In this document: positions 36,476 to 37,667 of the stretch, one piece after another
How positions within the stretch are numbered: position 1 is the first letter of the stretch
Layout of the letters: each line of letters begins with the position of its first letter
Source of the DNA: Akkermansiaceae bacterium
GTDB lineage: Bacteria > Verrucomicrobiota > Verrucomicrobiia > Verrucomicrobiales > Akkermansiaceae
Assembly (NCBI GenBank): GCA_051251915.1
Contig: JBPOGF010000029.1
Coordinates: 1 to 37,667, forward strand
Direction: 5' to 3'
DNA: 37,667 nucleotides
Notes under the pieces: model-generated
What the model was told of the DNA's origin: nothing
Databases searched by the model: none
Seen by the model: only the letters and a program-made list of their open reading frames with translations
Translations under genes and position numbers: made by a program

Positions 36476-37486
36476 ATGAGTTCAGGACTGAAAGATCAGC
36501 GTAGTAGACCGCTGCGAGACTTGCGGATATCGGTGACGGATCGGTGTAATTTTCGTTGCCGATATTGTATGCCTATTGAGGTGTTTGGAGCGAATTATAG
36601 TTTTCTTCCTCGGGAGGAAATTTTGAGGTTTGGGGAGATTGAGAGGTTGACTCAACGTTTTGTAGAGCTAGGGGTGAGTAAGATACGACTTACCGGTGGT
36701 GAGCCTTTGTTGAGGCGTGATCTTACTGAACTAGTTTCTAGGTTGGCAAAAATTGATGGTGTGGAGGATCTGGCGATGACTACGAATGCGGCGTTGTTAG
36801 AGAAGCATGCTGCGGGGTTGAGGGAGGCAGGGTTGCATAGGGTGACGGTGTCGCTGGATGCGCTGGATGCTGGGATTTTTGGTGAGATGAATGGAGTTGG
36901 TGCGAGTCCTGAGAAGGTGGTGGCGGGGATAGATGCAGCTATTGCTGTGGGGTTGGGGGTGAAGGTGAATGCGGTGATTAAGCGGGGGGTGAATGATGGG
37001 GAGGTGTTGGCTTTGGCGAATTTTGGTAGAGAGAGGGGGATTCCGGTGCGATTTATTGAGTATATGGATACGGGGAATGTGAATGGGTGGAAACTGGATG
37101 AGGTGGTGCCATCGCATGAGTTGTTAGAGTCTCTTAAGAAGGATATTCCGCTGGTGATTTCTAGTCGAGTTGCTGGAGAAACTGCTCAGCGGTATGTAGT
37201 GGAGGGGGAGGACGGTTTTGAGGTTGGTTTTATTAGCTCGGTGACTCAGCCGTTTTGTAATGCTTGTAATAGGGCGCGGTTGTCGGCAGATGGGAAGATT
37301 TTCACCTGTTTGTTTGCGGCCGAGGGGATGGATATAAAACATTACCTCCGGGGGGAGACTAGTGATGAGGAGCTAGATGGACTGTTAGGTAAGATCTGGT
37401 CTAACAGAAATGATAACTACTCCGAGTTACGGAGTAGTCTGACAGAAGATTTGCCAAAGGCGGAGATGTCTTATTTGGGAGGGTAG
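36476..37486 (+). CDS. moaA: GTP 3',8-cyclase (molybdenum cofactor biosynthesis)
   Basis: LRISVTDRCNFRCRYCMP, TGGEPL, PFC..CNR.R......TCLF and C-terminal MSYLGG. Confidence 0.98.
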   Translation: MSSGLKDQRSRPLRDLRISVTDRCNFRCRYCMPIEVFGANYSFLPREEILRFGEIERLTQRFVELGVSKIRLTGGEPLLRRDLTELVSRLAKIDGVEDLAMTTNAALLEKHAAGLREAGLHRVTVSLDALDAGIFGEMNGVGASPEKVVAGIDAAIAVGLGVKVNAVIKRGVNDGEVLALANFGRERGIPVRFIEYMDTGNVNGWKLDEVVPSHELLESLKKDIPLVISSRVAGETAQRYVVEGEDGFEVGFISSVTQPFCNACNRARLSADGKIFTCLFAAEGMDIKHYLRGETSDEELDGLLGKIWSNRNDNYSELRSSLTEDLPKAEMSYLGG

Positions 37487-37492
37487 AGTGGG

Positions 37493-37522
37493 GAATTGTG
37501 AATTGTGAATGGTGAATGGTGA
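37493..37522. repeat. Heptamer tandem repeat (GAAT[T/G]GT)x4
   Basis: GAATTGT GAATTGT GAATGGT GAATGGT GA. Confidence 0.85.
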
Positions 37523-37540
37523 GGTGGCGCGTTCGTTATG

Positions 37541-37616
37541 TCGCCCTTTCAGGGCTTGGGTTTTCTTGTGATTTTGGGTCCTAGGGCGTTGCCCTGACTT
37601 TTATACATAAGTCAGG
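37541..37616. repeat. REP-like palindrome cluster
   Basis: GCCCT-TTC-AGGGC (37543-55), AGGGC-GTT-GCCCT (37583-95) and CCTGACTT-N8-AAGTCAGG (37593-616). Confidence 0.65.
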
Positions 37617-37667
37617 ATGATTTTTGGAATGCTTTCCAAGCTTCTCCGTAAGCTTCTACTTTTATCA

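Overview
A 37.7 kb chromosomal window, most likely from a Verrucomicrobiota bacterium. This is an inference from the PTPDL-like and SHD1-like proteins, the many lipoproteins and the AT-rich starts lacking Shine-Dalgarno motifs. It is mostly scattered housekeeping genes (bioA, hisB/hisH, menH-like, rplI, mutM, ribBA, pyrC, moaA, cls, family-4 UDG, tRNA-Cys), plus an ECF sigma/anti-sigma/PDZ trio, a POT peptide transporter and a secreted GH81 beta-1,3-glucanase. The most interesting signal is missed by the ORF track. A 247-codon reading frame at 22608-23351 has a signal peptide and an in-frame TGA in a U-P-I-C (UxxC) motif, followed by a hairpin fitting the bacterial SECIS model, and ends in an SHD1-like domain. 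It is a candidate exported thioredoxin-fold selenoprotein. Other non-coding features are the 3' end of a class IIC group II intron (10-86), a ~194 bp tandem repeat that duplicates the tRNA-Cys 3' end, a candidate C-rich sRNA with its own promoter and terminator (34638-34826, minus strand), and short repeat or palindrome clusters. The + strand is strongly G/T-skewed, which produces many spurious ORFs. All calls come from reading motifs by eye; no searches were run.
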